Source of the DNA: a virus
Taxonomy: Duplodnaviria > Caudoviricetes
Direction: 5' to 3' (one strand)
IMG/VR virus record: IMGVR_UViG_3300037870_000089
Location: 1-44,742 of that record
Length of the DNA: 44,742 nt
This document shows positions 1-10,344 of the stretch, piece by piece. The position numbers and the translations under genes were made by a program. Under the pieces are notes generated by a model. That model had not been told where the DNA came from. It made no database searches and was given only the letters and a program-made list of their open reading frames with translations. Numbering within the stretch: position 1 is the first letter of the stretch; each line of letters opens with the position of its first letter.

Positions 1-1234
1 ATCCTCATTCATCAACCCACAGGGTGCCGATTATAGTAAGGCACTACTCCACTTTGGGGTTGGTAAGCCCATCGAGAACGAGGAGAGTTTGAAATGGCTG
101 TGCGTTCAGGGAGCCAACACCTACGGCAACGACAAGGTGAACTTCAATGAGCGGGTATTGTGGGTAAAAGAGAACGAACACCTAATAATAAGCAGTGCCA
201 AGTCACCACTAGAATCGAAGTGGTGGTCAGGGGCAGATGACCCCTTTCAGTTCTTAGCATTCTGTTTGGAATACGCTGAGTTTAAGAGGCAGGGTTGGGG
301 CTATATCTCTCACCTTCCTGTAGCCTTAGATGGGCGTAACAATGGACTACAGCACCTCTCTGCCCTCGCATTAGATGAGGTAGGGGGTAAGGCTACATGT
401 CTGGTACCTTCTGACATCCCAGAGGATATGTACCAAATAGTGTTTGACTTACTGTGGGCAAAGGTGGAGGAGGACAGTCATCATCCGTATGCTCAGATGT
501 GGCTTGCCTTTGGGGCTTCCCGAAAGACGGTCAAGCGTCCCATTATGGTAATCCCTTATGGTGGCACACGATTCAGTTGCACAGAGTATGTGGCACAGTA
601 CGTTGATGACGAAATTGATGGGGGGCGAGAGGACTTCTTTGGTGATGACCGATTCAAAGCAATCCTGTACTTGAGTAACCTGCTTTGGGAAACAGCCAAC
701 GAGGCTGTGCCTAGTGCCCGAAAGATAATGGGGTGGTTGCAAGCAGTAGGCAAGGAGTTAAGTAAGGATAATCTGCCCATCATATGGAAGACACCCACTG
801 GGTTTTGGGTCCACCAACTGTACCCTGATACATATGCAAGGAGGATAACAACACACATTGATGGCATCCTCATCAAGCCACAGGTGCGTGTAGATAACCC
901 AAGGGCAATAGATAAGAGAAGGGCAGTCAATGGAGTTTCGCCCAACTTTGTGCATAGTCTTGACGCATCAGCTATGACACTAACCATATGTAAAGCGTTA
1001 GAGCATGGTCTTGATTCGTTTGCAATGATACACGACAGTTATGGGGTACACGCATCTGACACAGCACTAATGGGACAGCTAATCCGACAATCATTTGTCG
1101 AGATATATAGTGTGGACAGGTTGGCTGAGTTTGCCCACATAGCCTCTGAGGTGTGCGACACCATACCACCACCACCACGCAAAGGTAACCTAGACATCAA
1201 ACAAGTAATGAACAGCGAATACTTCTTTGCTTAA
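1..1234 (+). CDS. T7-like single-subunit RNA polymerase, C-terminal part (continues from 43536..44742)
   Basis: Frame open from position 2 (SSFINPQGADYSKALL); motif A LPVALDGRNNGLQH, motif B RKTVKRPIMVIPYG, PNFVHSLDA, motif C IHDS, C-terminal YFFA as in T7 gp1. Confidence 0.97.
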   Translation, partial: SSFINPQGADYSKALLHFGVGKPIENEESLKWLCVQGANTYGNDKVNFNERVLWVKENEHLIISSAKSPLESKWWSGADDPFQFLAFCLEYAEFKRQGWGYISHLPVALDGRNNGLQHLSALALDEVGGKATCLVPSDIPEDMYQIVFDLLWAKVEEDSHHPYAQMWLAFGASRKTVKRPIMVIPYGGTRFSCTEYVAQYVDDEIDGGREDFFGDDRFKAILYLSNLLWETANEAVPSARKIMGWLQAVGKELSKDNLPIIWKTPTGFWVHQLYPDTYARRITTHIDGILIKPQVRVDNPRAIDKRRAVNGVSPNFVHSLDASAMTLTICKALEHGLDSFAMIHDSYGVHASDTALMGQLIRQSFVEIYSVDRLAEFAHIASEVCDTIPPPPRKGNLDIKQVMNSEYFFA

Positions 1235-1255
1235 TATGTTACACTCATGTACAAT
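1227..1255 (+). promoter_or_regulatory. sigma70-type promoter containing motif B
   Basis: TTGCTT-17nt-TACAAT; spacer carries ATATG-TTACACT-CATGT (1234..1250). Confidence 0.6.
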
Positions 1256-1268
1256 ACAAGGACAATGC

Positions 1269-1289
1269 AATTAATGGACACTACAGTAT
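1269..1289 (+). promoter_or_regulatory. candidate phage RNAP promoter (SP6-like)
   Basis: AATTAATGGACACTACAGTAT, related to copies at 11404, 36268 and 43531; directly downstream of the RNAP gene. Confidence 0.5.
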
Positions 1290-1429
1290 ATAAATCACCA
1301 CACAAATTATTGACGATACTTTTAATTCTAATAGCGAGGGAAGAACCAATACCAGTAGACCTACATGCCCGTTGCGTGGAGCAAGGGCTAGATGTAGAGG
1401 CAATATTAAACAACCAAAGGAACACATAA
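1274..1429 (+). CDS. small hypothetical protein
   Basis: ORF 1247..1429 fills the gap between RNAP and SSB; start uncertain (1265 or 1274). Confidence 0.65.
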   Translation: MDTTVYKSPHKLLTILLILIAREEPIPVDLHARCVEQGLDVEAILNNQRNT

Positions 1430-1431
1430 AC

Positions 1432-2061
1432 ATGCCAAGTACACCAGAAAACTACAGAGTAATAACAGGGCAAGCCTATTATTGTAACTTCATTACCCCC
1501 GAATCCTACAAGGGTGGACCCGAAATATATAAGGGCAGAATCCTAATTAAGGAGGAGGATGCCACTGACCTCATGGCTTACTTCGATGAGACTATTGAGG
1601 AACACCTAGCCGATTGCAGTAAAGGCACCAAAAAGAGATTGGTTGGTCACCAGATGTATAGCTTTTCCGATAAATTTGAGGGAATGGTGGCGGTAACATT
1701 CAAGCAGAATTATAGCGTACCCACTAAGGACGGTGGAGTATGGCACCCTATAATTCCAATCTACAACCGCAAGGCAGAGCGTGATGAATTACTTAAAGTG
1801 ATTCCTAATGGCTCCCTCATTAAAGTGGCATGGTCACCAAGACCTTGGGGACCACAGGGGAATGGCACCTGCGGTATCACAATGCAACCGACAGGTGTGC
1901 AGGTGATTGATATTGCGGCAACCCTAGACACTAACAAAAATCCATTTGGAGAAGAGCAGGGGAACTATGACGGTAGCATGGAAGCAGAAGCAGAAGTGGA
2001 GGAAGACCTCTTCAAGGACGAAGGTACATCTCAAGAGCAAGGGGACCCCAACGACTTTTAA
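1432..2061 (+). CDS. single-stranded DNA-binding protein (T7 gp2.5-like)
   Basis: AAGGA RBS before ATG 1432; acidic C-terminal tail ending in Phe (GDPNDF); GSLIKV...GVQVID pattern; synteny. Confidence 0.88.
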   Translation: MPSTPENYRVITGQAYYCNFITPESYKGGPEIYKGRILIKEEDATDLMAYFDETIEEHLADCSKGTKKRLVGHQMYSFSDKFEGMVAVTFKQNYSVPTKDGGVWHPIIPIYNRKAERDELLKVIPNGSLIKVAWSPRPWGPQGNGTCGITMQPTGVQVIDIAATLDTNKNPFGEEQGNYDGSMEAEAEVEEDLFKDEGTSQEQGDPNDF

Positions 2062-2410
2062 GAGTAGGTTTGAGGCAGGGTTTGCCCGTGACTTAGAGGA
2101 GCGTGGCATCCCCTTCACCTATGAGGAAGAACGCATCAACTACACCCAAGAGAGGTACTACAAGCCTGACTTTGTATTACCTAATGGGATTATCATCGAA
2201 ACAAAAGGTTACTTTTATAGTGCTGACCGAAAGAAACATAGGCTCATCAAAAAGCAACACCCCCACCTCGACATACGATTTGTCTTTATGAATGCGTATG
2301 CCAAGGGGCAAGCCAGTAAGGTAACTAATGCTGAGTGGTGCATAAAGAACAAGTTTATGTTTGCTGAAAACTATTTGCCAACGGAATGGGCTAATGAGAA
2401 GAGAGACTGA
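1967..2410 (+). CDS. endonuclease I / Holliday junction resolvase (T7 gp3-like); start uncertain
   Basis: FKSRFE, YKPDFVLPNGIIIETKG, DRKKH, HPHLDIRFVF motifs. Confidence 0.93.
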   Translation: MTVAWKQKQKWRKTSSRTKVHLKSKGTPTTFKSRFEAGFARDLEERGIPFTYEEERINYTQERYYKPDFVLPNGIIIETKGYFYSADRKKHRLIKKQHPHLDIRFVFMNAYAKGQASKVTNAEWCIKNKFMFAENYLPTEWANEKRD

Positions 2411-2786
2411 TTTTATTGTGGTGAAGGAGGAAACGGACATCTGCCCTTGCACCATGATTGAGATAGACAAAAAACACAGGAGGCAAGGGTGGCTGAAAGT
2501 AGGTTACCACTATGTTATTACGGAAGATGGACAGATACAAAAGGGCAGGGATGTTGGACAGGCAGGGGGGCATACAAGGGGGTTGAATCATTGCTCTATT
2601 GGTGTAGGTCTTTGTGGGTCATCTCACTCCGACCTGCAACTTGATGCCCTTAAGGACCTAGTCATTGGGTTGGTATGTAGATACCCCCAGATAGAGGTCA
2701 TAAATCACCCCTCATTTATCCCGCACGGGAATTTGGGGGCATTCGATGCGGAGATATGGTGGAAGAATATCCTGAGTCTAATTTAG
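2394..2786 (+). CDS. T7 gp3.5-like N-acetylmuramoyl-L-alanine amidase, probably catalytically degenerate
   Basis: HRRQGWLKVGYHYVI, GRD, GGHTRGLNHCSIGV and FD..WW match T7 lysozyme; the HCSAT and CPSFD motifs are replaced. Confidence 0.85.
   Translation: MRRETDFIVVKEETDICPCTMIEIDKKHRRQGWLKVGYHYVITEDGQIQKGRDVGQAGGHTRGLNHCSIGVGLCGSSHSDLQLDALKDLVIGLVCRYPQIEVINHPSFIPHGNLGAFDAEIWWKNILSLI
2717..2730. repeat. palindrome A, partial copy inside amidase gene
   Basis: TATCCCGCACGGGA, 14 of 16 nt. Confidence 0.75.
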
Positions 2787-4405
2787 TAATGAAAGTGGCA
2801 TGCCCCAGTTGCCCCTCATCAGATGCATACTGTTTGTATGATGATGGGCATGGGTTCTGCTTCAGTTGTGGTCATCGCTCCACTAATAGCGTTTACACTA
2901 AAAGGAAACAACAAGTGCAACTAAACTTAATCGAGAATGGCACCAGTAATGCATTAATTAAGCGGGGAATCAGTAAGGAGACTGCCCAGAAATTCAAGTA
3001 CGAGACAGGCACCTACAAAGGCAAGCCATGTCACATAGCTAACTACATAAAGGATGGGGTTAAGATAGCCCAGAAGATAAGGTTCCCCAACAAAGACTTT
3101 CTGTTTATTGGTGATACAAAAGGAGTGGAGTTATATGGACAGTGGATGTTCAACCAAGGCGGCAAGATGGTGGTTGTATGTGAGGGGGAAATCGACACCC
3201 TCACTTGCAGTCAAATATTTGGTAATCGGTTCGCTGTTGTTGGGGTACCTAATGGTGCTAACGGGGCTAAAAGGGCACTCACTAAGTCATTGGAATGGCT
3301 ATGTGAGTTCGAGAGGGTGGTCCTCGCATTTGACATGGATGACGCAGGGCAGAAAGCGGCACAAGAATGTGCAGAACTCTTCCCGCCCAACAAGGCACGG
3401 GTGGCACACCTTCCTATGAAAGACCCTAGTGAAATGCTACAGGCTAAAAAAATTAAGGAGTTAACGTCAGCTTTGTGGGAGGCAAAACCTTACACGCCTG
3501 ATGGGATATTGAATGGACTCGATTTATGGGACCTAGTGTCCACGGAAGACAAAACGGAGAGCAAGGAGTATCCCTTTGACGGACTCAACAAGATGACCAG
3601 AGGGATTAGGCGAGGGGAGATTGTTACTGTAACCGCAGGGAGTGGCATCGGCAAGAGTCAGGTAGTACGAGAGTTCAGTCACCACCTGCTGACACAGGGA
3701 GAGAGCATAGGGTACATAGCACTAGAGGAATCAGTGAAGAGGACGGCACTAGGACTCATGAGTCTTGCCATTAACAAGCCCCTCCACTTAGGCACCCAAC
3801 ATGTAACGGACGAAGAGCTAAAGTTAGCCTTCGACCACACACTAGGGACAGGCAGGGTGTATCTCTACGACCACTGGGGCAGTACGGAAACGGATAACCT
3901 GCTCTCTAAGATACGGTATTTAGTTAAGACGGGCAGTTGTGGCTATGTAGTCTTGGACCACATATCCATTTGTGTGAGTGGTATGGAAGGTGGGGATGAG
4001 CGAAGAATCATTGACAACCTTATGACTAACCTCCGCCAACTAGCCGAAGAATTAAATATTGGGTTGATACTGGTCAGCCACCTACGAAGACCGTCAGGTG
4101 ACAAGGGGCATGAGGATGGGGCACAGACCTCACTTGCACAGCTAAGAGGGTCAGGTGCTATTGGTCAGCTATCCGACATAGTTATAGGATGTGAGCGTGA
4201 CCAACAGTCCGACATGGAGAGCAACATGACCACCCTTCGTATCCTGAAGAACAGATGGACGGGAGAGACAGGTATATGTGGTGTACTTGGGTACGATGGT
4301 AACACTGGAAGGCTTACTGAAATGAGCATACCTTTAGATGACGAAGAGGTGACAGCAGAACCGTTTAGCAATGTTGATATGGGAGAAACAGAATGGGCAA
4401 CTTAG
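2756..4405 (+). CDS. DNA primase/helicase (T7 gp4-like)
   Basis: Zn finger CPSCPSSD..CFSC, TOPRIM EGEID and FDMDDAG, Walker A AGSGIGKS, DHIS, LRGSG, KNRWTGETG. Confidence 0.97.
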   Translation: MVEEYPESNLVMKVACPSCPSSDAYCLYDDGHGFCFSCGHRSTNSVYTKRKQQVQLNLIENGTSNALIKRGISKETAQKFKYETGTYKGKPCHIANYIKDGVKIAQKIRFPNKDFLFIGDTKGVELYGQWMFNQGGKMVVVCEGEIDTLTCSQIFGNRFAVVGVPNGANGAKRALTKSLEWLCEFERVVLAFDMDDAGQKAAQECAELFPPNKARVAHLPMKDPSEMLQAKKIKELTSALWEAKPYTPDGILNGLDLWDLVSTEDKTESKEYPFDGLNKMTRGIRRGEIVTVTAGSGIGKSQVVREFSHHLLTQGESIGYIALEESVKRTALGLMSLAINKPLHLGTQHVTDEELKLAFDHTLGTGRVYLYDHWGSTETDNLLSKIRYLVKTGSCGYVVLDHISICVSGMEGGDERRIIDNLMTNLRQLAEELNIGLILVSHLRRPSGDKGHEDGAQTSLAQLRGSGAIGQLSDIVIGCERDQQSDMESNMTTLRILKNRWTGETGICGVLGYDGNTGRLTEMSIPLDDEEVTAEPFSNVDMGETEWAT

Positions 4406-4575
4406 AGGTTAACGAAGGTGGATTTTGGGTTGGAGATGATTTTGTAGCTTGGATTAATATCCATAATAAGGTACTAGAGTCATACCCTAAAGATAACATC
4501 AGGGATGTTAAGGCAGTGCGGGCAATCGTTGAGGAGTTGAGGGGACTAGCTGACGATATAGAAGCCGAATACTAA
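4393..4575 (+). CDS. hypothetical protein
   Basis: 60-aa ORF with GGAG RBS, coupled to both neighbours. Confidence 0.65.
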   Translation: MGNLEVNEGGFWVGDDFVAWINIHNKVLESYPKDNIRDVKAVRAIVEELRGLADDIEAEY

Positions 4576-6401
4576 TGCGGTTGATATTTGACATTGAAAC
4601 CAATGGTCTTCTGGATAAGGAAGACCTTAAGATTCATTGTATAGGAATACATGACTTAGACAATGGGTGGTATAAGGTCTATGACAATAGGACGAACCTA
4701 ATAGACACAGCAATCCTTCTACTTAACAGAGCAGACACACTCATTGGTCACAACATCATTGGGTTTGACCTTCCTGTCTTACAAAAAGTAGATGCGGGCT
4801 TGTTTGAGGTGTTTAAGCTAACAGACCAGAGGATTATTGACACCTTAGTGTTGAGCCGCTTAGTGTTTGCCAACCTGAAAGAGAGGGACTTCAAAAGTTA
4901 CAAGAAAAAGGTTGGTTGGGTGACCCGTCATCCAAATCTGATTGGTTCTCATTCCTTAAAGGCGTGGGGATTACGGATGGGGGTACTGAAGGGTGACTAT
5001 GCTGAGTCAACGGATTGGGCAGAGTGGACACCAGAAATGAGCCAATACTGTGAACAGGACGTAAGGGTAACCACTGCCTTATTCACCAACATGAAAAGGA
5101 TTAAGTATAGCAAGGATGCTATTGAGTTGGAGCATAGTATAGCCAGAGTGTGTACCCAACAGGAGCGTGAGGGGTTCTCATTCGATACCATAGGTGCGGT
5201 AGCACTATATGGTGAGCTATGTGCAGAGAGGGCACAGCTAGAGGATGAGTTAAGGGTTGAGTTTGGGGAGTGGTGGACGGATAAAGGGGAGGTCACGCCT
5301 AAGAGAACACTCTCGTTCAAGGACAAGGGGAGGGGCAGTTTCATCGAGGGACAGGCTTACACTAGGGTAGTTCACACAACATTCAATGCTAACAGCAGGG
5401 AGCATATAGCAAAAAGGTTGACTGACCTATATGGATGGGAGCCAACAGTCTTCACAGACAACGGGGCACCCAAGGTTGATGAGACAGTTCTGGGTAGCTT
5501 GGATTATCCACACGCAAAGCTATTGAGTAAGTACCTTATGATTCAGAAACGCATTGGGCAATTAGCAGAGGGGAGTCAAGCATGGATGAAACTAGAAAGG
5601 GGAGGCAAGATTCATGGAAGGGTTAATACTATGGGTGCTGTCACATCCAGATGTACACATAGCAATCCTAATGTTGCACAGGTACCAAGCGTATCCGCTC
5701 CCTACGGTAAAGAGTGTAGGTCTTTGTTTCATGCTCCCCCTAACTCTCTTTTGGTTGGGGTTGATGTGTCTGGTCTTGAGTTACGCTGTCTGGCTCATTA
5801 TATGCACAAGTTTGATGAGGGCAAATATGCTCACGAACTATTGGAAGGTGACATTCACACGGTCAATCAACTGGCGGCAGGGCTAGAGTCAAGGTCACAA
5901 GCCAAGACATTCATTTATGGATTCCTTTATGGGGCAGGTCCAGAGAAGTTGGGTGAGATTGTAGGAGGAGGTAAGAAGGAGGGAAGTAGGTTACGTTCTA
6001 GGTTCCTTAAGAAGACCCCCGCCATTAAACAATTAAGAGAGGAAGTGGTTAGCAAGGTAAAGGAGAACGGATGGTTGTGGGGATTAGACGGCAGACGCAT
6101 TCCAATAAGGTCTGAACATGCCGCACTCAACTTCCTTCTTCAGTCAGCAGGGGCAATCATATGCAAGAGGTGGTTGGTAATCTTACACGAACAACTAAAA
6201 GAGGAAGGCATTGAGGGAGTCAAGCAGGTTGCGTTTGTACATGATGAGGTACAACTGGTGGTACAGGGTGGACAAGGTAAGGCAGAGCAGGTGGGGAAGG
6301 TGGCTATTAAAGCTATTGAGATGACGGGAACCTATTACGGTATCAAGCTACCCTTAACTGGTGAATATAATATAGGAAAAAACTGGGCAGACACTCATTA
6401 A
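4575..6401 (+). CDS. DNA polymerase family A with 3'-5' exonuclease (T7 gp5-like)
   Basis: FDIET, GHNIIGFD, YCEQDV exonuclease motifs; DVSGLELR, KTFIYGFLYGAG, VHDE polymerase motifs. Confidence 0.97.
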   Translation: MRLIFDIETNGLLDKEDLKIHCIGIHDLDNGWYKVYDNRTNLIDTAILLLNRADTLIGHNIIGFDLPVLQKVDAGLFEVFKLTDQRIIDTLVLSRLVFANLKERDFKSYKKKVGWVTRHPNLIGSHSLKAWGLRMGVLKGDYAESTDWAEWTPEMSQYCEQDVRVTTALFTNMKRIKYSKDAIELEHSIARVCTQQEREGFSFDTIGAVALYGELCAERAQLEDELRVEFGEWWTDKGEVTPKRTLSFKDKGRGSFIEGQAYTRVVHTTFNANSREHIAKRLTDLYGWEPTVFTDNGAPKVDETVLGSLDYPHAKLLSKYLMIQKRIGQLAEGSQAWMKLERGGKIHGRVNTMGAVTSRCTHSNPNVAQVPSVSAPYGKECRSLFHAPPNSLLVGVDVSGLELRCLAHYMHKFDEGKYAHELLEGDIHTVNQLAAGLESRSQAKTFIYGFLYGAGPEKLGEIVGGGKKEGSRLRSRFLKKTPAIKQLREEVVSKVKENGWLWGLDGRRIPIRSEHAALNFLLQSAGAIICKRWLVILHEQLKEEGIEGVKQVAFVHDEVQLVVQGGQGKAEQVGKVAIKAIEMTGTYYGIKLPLTGEYNIGKNWADTH

Positions 6402-6455
6402 TTTGGGCAGTTCCTTACACTCAAGTAATAATTACACAAGGATAACTACACCGAT

Positions 6456-7109
6456 ATGAAAGTAGAACTATTAAACACGATGGGTAACGATGACACGATT
6501 GCTAATGCGGCAAGAGTGAGCTACGCAGAAACGTCTGGTAATTATACTATTGACCAGAACAACAGATTAATTAATTACCTTGCCAAGCATGGGCATTGGA
6601 GTCCCTTCGGGCATGTACAGGCACAGTTCAGAATCACCGCACCCATCTTTGTGGCACGACAGTTAGCCAAGCATCAGGTGGGGTTGGTGTGGAATGAAAT
6701 CTCGTACCGATATGTTAAGGCTGAACAATCTTACTGGGAGCCAAAGGAGTTGAGGGCAGACGATAAGGACATTAAGCAGGGTTCAGGCAATGGAGTTCTT
6801 TCGGGTATGAAGGGATTGATGGCACGGTCAGTATATGACTCTGCAATAAGTGCATCATCCATAGCCTACAAGACTTTACTAAGCCTTGGGGTAAGCAAGG
6901 AACAGGCAAGAGCGGTACTACCTACAGCAGTCAACACCGAATGGTACTGGACAGGTTCAGTCTTAGCATTCGCTAGGGTATGCAACCTGCGTCTGGACAA
7001 ACACGCACAGGCTGAGACAGGAGAGATTGCTCAAATGATTTCAGATGAACTCAAGGTCTTCTACCCTGAAGCGTGGGAAGCACTGACGGGAGATAACGAT
7101 GAAAGCTGA
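6456..7109 (+). CDS. thyX: flavin-dependent thymidylate synthase
   Basis: ANAARVSY, HWSPF, RQLAKHQVGLVWNEISYRY, EQARAVLP, LRLDKHAQAE. Confidence 0.95.
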   Translation: MKVELLNTMGNDDTIANAARVSYAETSGNYTIDQNNRLINYLAKHGHWSPFGHVQAQFRITAPIFVARQLAKHQVGLVWNEISYRYVKAEQSYWEPKELRADDKDIKQGSGNGVLSGMKGLMARSVYDSAISASSIAYKTLLSLGVSKEQARAVLPTAVNTEWYWTGSVLAFARVCNLRLDKHAQAETGEIAQMISDELKVFYPEAWEALTGDNDES

Positions 7110-7869
7110 TTTAATTATTGATGGTGACATCGTAGTGTACCAAGCATGTGCGGCTAGTGAAAAGGAAATCAAATGGTCTGATGACCTCTGGACATTACAC
7201 ACGGATGAGTGGGCGGCAAAGCATAAAGCACACACAGGGGTTGAACGAATCATAGCAAAGGCAAAGGAATACTTCGACATTGGGTATGTCCACATTGCCA
7301 TAAGTAGCACGACCAACTTTAGAAAGGAGGTCTACAAGGACTACAAGGCTAACAGGGCTAACAAACGTAAGCCCTTGTGCATACGGGAGGTAGTAGCTCA
7401 CTTAGCCTCCAAGTATCCCGTTAAGGTTTGGACAGGTATAGAGGCTGATGATGTCATGGGCATCTGGGCAACCATGAATCCAGACCAAGAGGTACTTATA
7501 TATAGTGCCGATAAGGATATGGCTACCGTACCCACTGCGTGGCACATGAAGAACCTAGATGATGAACCCACCAAGATAACGCAGATAGACGCTGACCGTA
7601 ACTGGTTTACCCAAGCACTCACTGGCGATAGTGTTGACAACTACGCAGGTATAAGGGGGGTTGGTCCCGTCAAGGCTAAGAAAATACTGGAGGGAACAGC
7701 CACCGCACTAGAAATGTGGGAGCGAACCTTACAGGCATATGCCAAAGCGGGATACACACAGGGAGAGTGCCTGACTCAAGTAAGATTAGCACGAATCTTG
7801 AGACATGGTGACTACAACATTCAATCAGAAGAAGTAAAACTTTGGAGTCCAGAATGGTCAAGAAAGTAG
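7099..7869 (+). CDS. 5'-3' exonuclease (T7 gp6-like)
   Basis: IDGD, NFRK...YKANR, EADDVMGI, DKD, GDSVDNYAGIRGVG, RLARILR. Confidence 0.95.
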   Translation: MKADLIIDGDIVVYQACAASEKEIKWSDDLWTLHTDEWAAKHKAHTGVERIIAKAKEYFDIGYVHIAISSTTNFRKEVYKDYKANRANKRKPLCIREVVAHLASKYPVKVWTGIEADDVMGIWATMNPDQEVLIYSADKDMATVPTAWHMKNLDDEPTKITQIDADRNWFTQALTGDSVDNYAGIRGVGPVKAKKILEGTATALEMWERTLQAYAKAGYTQGECLTQVRLARILRHGDYNIQSEEVKLWSPEWSRK

Positions 7870-8174
7870 GCTTATCAGATGTCACCCCTGAAGAGTGGGA
7901 TTCCATTCAGAAGACCCAAGAAATAGCAAGGGGGATGAAAATGTATCACCACAACTCACCAAAATATAGACAGGTAGGAGGGGACCACTACAAGAAGATG
8001 GCAATACAACCCATCGACTATTGCGTAGCTAATAAGTTTGACCCCTACCAAACAAACATCATTAAGTATGCAAGCAGAATGTATAACAAGAACCAATGTC
8101 TTTCGGATTTAGACAAAATAATCCATTACGCAGAACTCGCTAAAGAGAATGCAACCAAAAAGGGAATCAAATGA
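7854..8174 (+). CDS. DUF3310 / gp1.7-like putative nucleotide kinase
   Basis: QVGGDHY...IQPIDY, NIIKY..R...K...DLDK..HY; GGAG RBS before ATG 7854. Confidence 0.8.
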   Translation: MVKKVGLSDVTPEEWDSIQKTQEIARGMKMYHHNSPKYRQVGGDHYKKMAIQPIDYCVANKFDPYQTNIIKYASRMYNKNQCLSDLDKIIHYAELAKENATKKGIK

Positions 8175-8575
8175 ATCAGCACCCAATGAACTGCCACCCC
8201 ACATACCCAACGACTCACATAAGCGAGACATTCAAGCACTACCAAGAACAGGCTACCACCACTGCCATATATGATAAAGAAGTGGCATTAGAATACCTTG
8301 CCGCAGGGATAGCGGGTGAGGTGGGTGAGCTAACATCAATCATTGCTAAAGAACTTAGGAAGGGTAACTACAGCAGAGGAGTAGGAGGAACACAGAATTA
8401 TTACCGCTATCCAATCAACGATATTAAGCACGAACTGGGGGATGTACTCTGGTTTGTGTCTCAGATTGCTACAACTTTTCAGCTTGACTTATCAGAAGTT
8501 GCCAATGCTAATATTGGTAAGCTGAAAGGACGGTCAGAACGAGGAGTTATTGAGGGGAGTGGTAACTACCGATGA
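8171..8575 (+). CDS. MazG-like nucleotide pyrophosphohydrolase
   Basis: YQ..A..TA.Y, GIAGEVGE, ELGDVLWFV, N..KL..R..RG...GSG..R. Confidence 0.9.
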   Translation: MNQHPMNCHPTYPTTHISETFKHYQEQATTTAIYDKEVALEYLAAGIAGEVGELTSIIAKELRKGNYSRGVGGTQNYYRYPINDIKHELGDVLWFVSQIATTFQLDLSEVANANIGKLKGRSERGVIEGSGNYR

Positions 8576-10344
8576 TTGAAATAACCCGTGAAAGAACAGC
8601 AGAACTATCGGAGCAAAGTCAAGCATTACTTTCCGATTACTATACCCTTGAGGGTGAGGACATACAGGATGCGTTTGCCAGAGCGGCTACAGCATACAGT
8701 GGTGGTGACGATGGGTTAGCCCAACGAGTCTACGACTATGCAAGTAGAGGGTGGTTTATGTTTAGTAGCCCCATACTATCTAACGCACCCAAGGAGGGGG
8801 AGGACCCTAAAGGGTTGCCAATCTCATGCTTTCTGTCATATGTCCCTGATACATTAGAGGGTCTAATAGAACACCAAGAAGAGTTGGCGTGGTTGTCAGT
8901 GAAAGGTGGTGGCGTAGGAGGGCATTGGTCAGACGTAAGGGCTGTCTCTGATAAGGCTCCCTCCCCCATCCCCTTCATGAAGGTGGCTGACTCCGCTATG
9001 ACTGCCTACAAGCAGGGGAAGACTCGCAAGGGTAGCTATGCCGCTTACCTAGATGTATCCCACCCAGACATCATGGAGTTCCTTGACATACGACTACCTA
9101 CTGGCGGAGATGCCAATCGAAAATGCTTTAATCTTAATAATGCGGTCAACGTGACTGACGAATTTATGGAGAAGGTTAGCAAAAATGAGTTGTGGGATTT
9201 GGTAGACCCGCATGATGGTGAAATTAGAGATGTTGTTTCGGCAAGAAAACTTTGGGAAAAGATAGTGGAGGTGAGGTTCAGGACAGGTGAACCCTACATC
9301 AACTATATTGACGAGGCTAACCGTAAGCTACCCCAAGCACTAAAGGATAAGGGGTTACGCATACATGGCTCCAACTTGTGTAATGAGATACACCTGCCAA
9401 CTTCCAGTGAGCGTACAGCAGTGTGCTGTTTGTCATCAGTCAACCTAGAGAAGTATGATGAGTGGACAGGCAACCAAATGTTTGTGGGTGACCTGATTCG
9501 TATGCTAGATAATGTACTGACCTGCTTCATAGCTTATGCCCCCGCAACGCTAACTAAAGCAATCAGGTCAGCCATTGCAGAGAGGTCACTTGGGTTAGGA
9601 GCAATGGGGTTCCATGCCCTCTTACAGCAACGACAAATTCCATTTGAGTCAGCACAAGCTAGTGGACTTAATCGCAAGATATTCATGGAAATCAAGGGGT
9701 GGGCAACCAAAGCCACAGTCAACCTAGCAGAGGAGCGTGGTGCTTATCCTGATGGACACGATACTGGACTACGCAATAGTCATTTGCTTGCGATTGCCCC
9801 TAACGCAAACTCAAGCATGATTGTGGGTACCTCCCCCTCTATAGAACCTTGGAAGAGTAATGCATTTGCCCACCGAACTAGAGTAGGGACACACCTAATC
9901 AAGAACAAGTATGTGGATAAGAAGTTGTGGGAAGTTGCAGAGTTATATGGACATGGACCTGAGTGGGTAGAGGAACAGTGGCAGAGCATAATTCACCATG
10001 AAGGCTCCGTTCAGCAACTAGACTGTATGGATGATTGGACCAAGTCAGTGTTCAAGACTGCATTTGAAATTGACCAACACTGGGTTGTGCAACATGCGGC
10101 AGACAGACAGCACTACATATGTCAGGGGCAGTCCGTTAACTTATTCTTCCCTAGTGGGGTGGAACGTCAGTATGTAAACAGCGTACACATTGACTCATGG
10201 AAGAAGAAACTAAAGGGGTTATATTATTTGAGGACATCGTCAGGACACACAGCAGAACAGGTGGGGAGTAAGGTTGAGAGAGTAGCCCTAAAGGATTTCG
10301 TTGAAGAGCATGTAGAAGAGGGGTGTTTATCATGCGAGGGCTAA
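8572..10344 (+). CDS. nrdA: ribonucleotide reductase class I alpha subunit (short form, no obvious ATP cone)
   Basis: PISCF, GGGVG, SNLCNEI, LGLGAMG, AIAPNANSS, C-terminal YY and CLSCEG. Confidence 0.95.
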   Translation: MIEITRERTAELSEQSQALLSDYYTLEGEDIQDAFARAATAYSGGDDGLAQRVYDYASRGWFMFSSPILSNAPKEGEDPKGLPISCFLSYVPDTLEGLIEHQEELAWLSVKGGGVGGHWSDVRAVSDKAPSPIPFMKVADSAMTAYKQGKTRKGSYAAYLDVSHPDIMEFLDIRLPTGGDANRKCFNLNNAVNVTDEFMEKVSKNELWDLVDPHDGEIRDVVSARKLWEKIVEVRFRTGEPYINYIDEANRKLPQALKDKGLRIHGSNLCNEIHLPTSSERTAVCCLSSVNLEKYDEWTGNQMFVGDLIRMLDNVLTCFIAYAPATLTKAIRSAIAERSLGLGAMGFHALLQQRQIPFESAQASGLNRKIFMEIKGWATKATVNLAEERGAYPDGHDTGLRNSHLLAIAPNANSSMIVGTSPSIEPWKSNAFAHRTRVGTHLIKNKYVDKKLWEVAELYGHGPEWVEEQWQSIIHHEGSVQQLDCMDDWTKSVFKTAFEIDQHWVVQHAADRQHYICQGQSVNLFFPSGVERQYVNSVHIDSWKKKLKGLYYLRTSSGHTAEQVGSKVERVALKDFVEEHVEEGCLSCEG

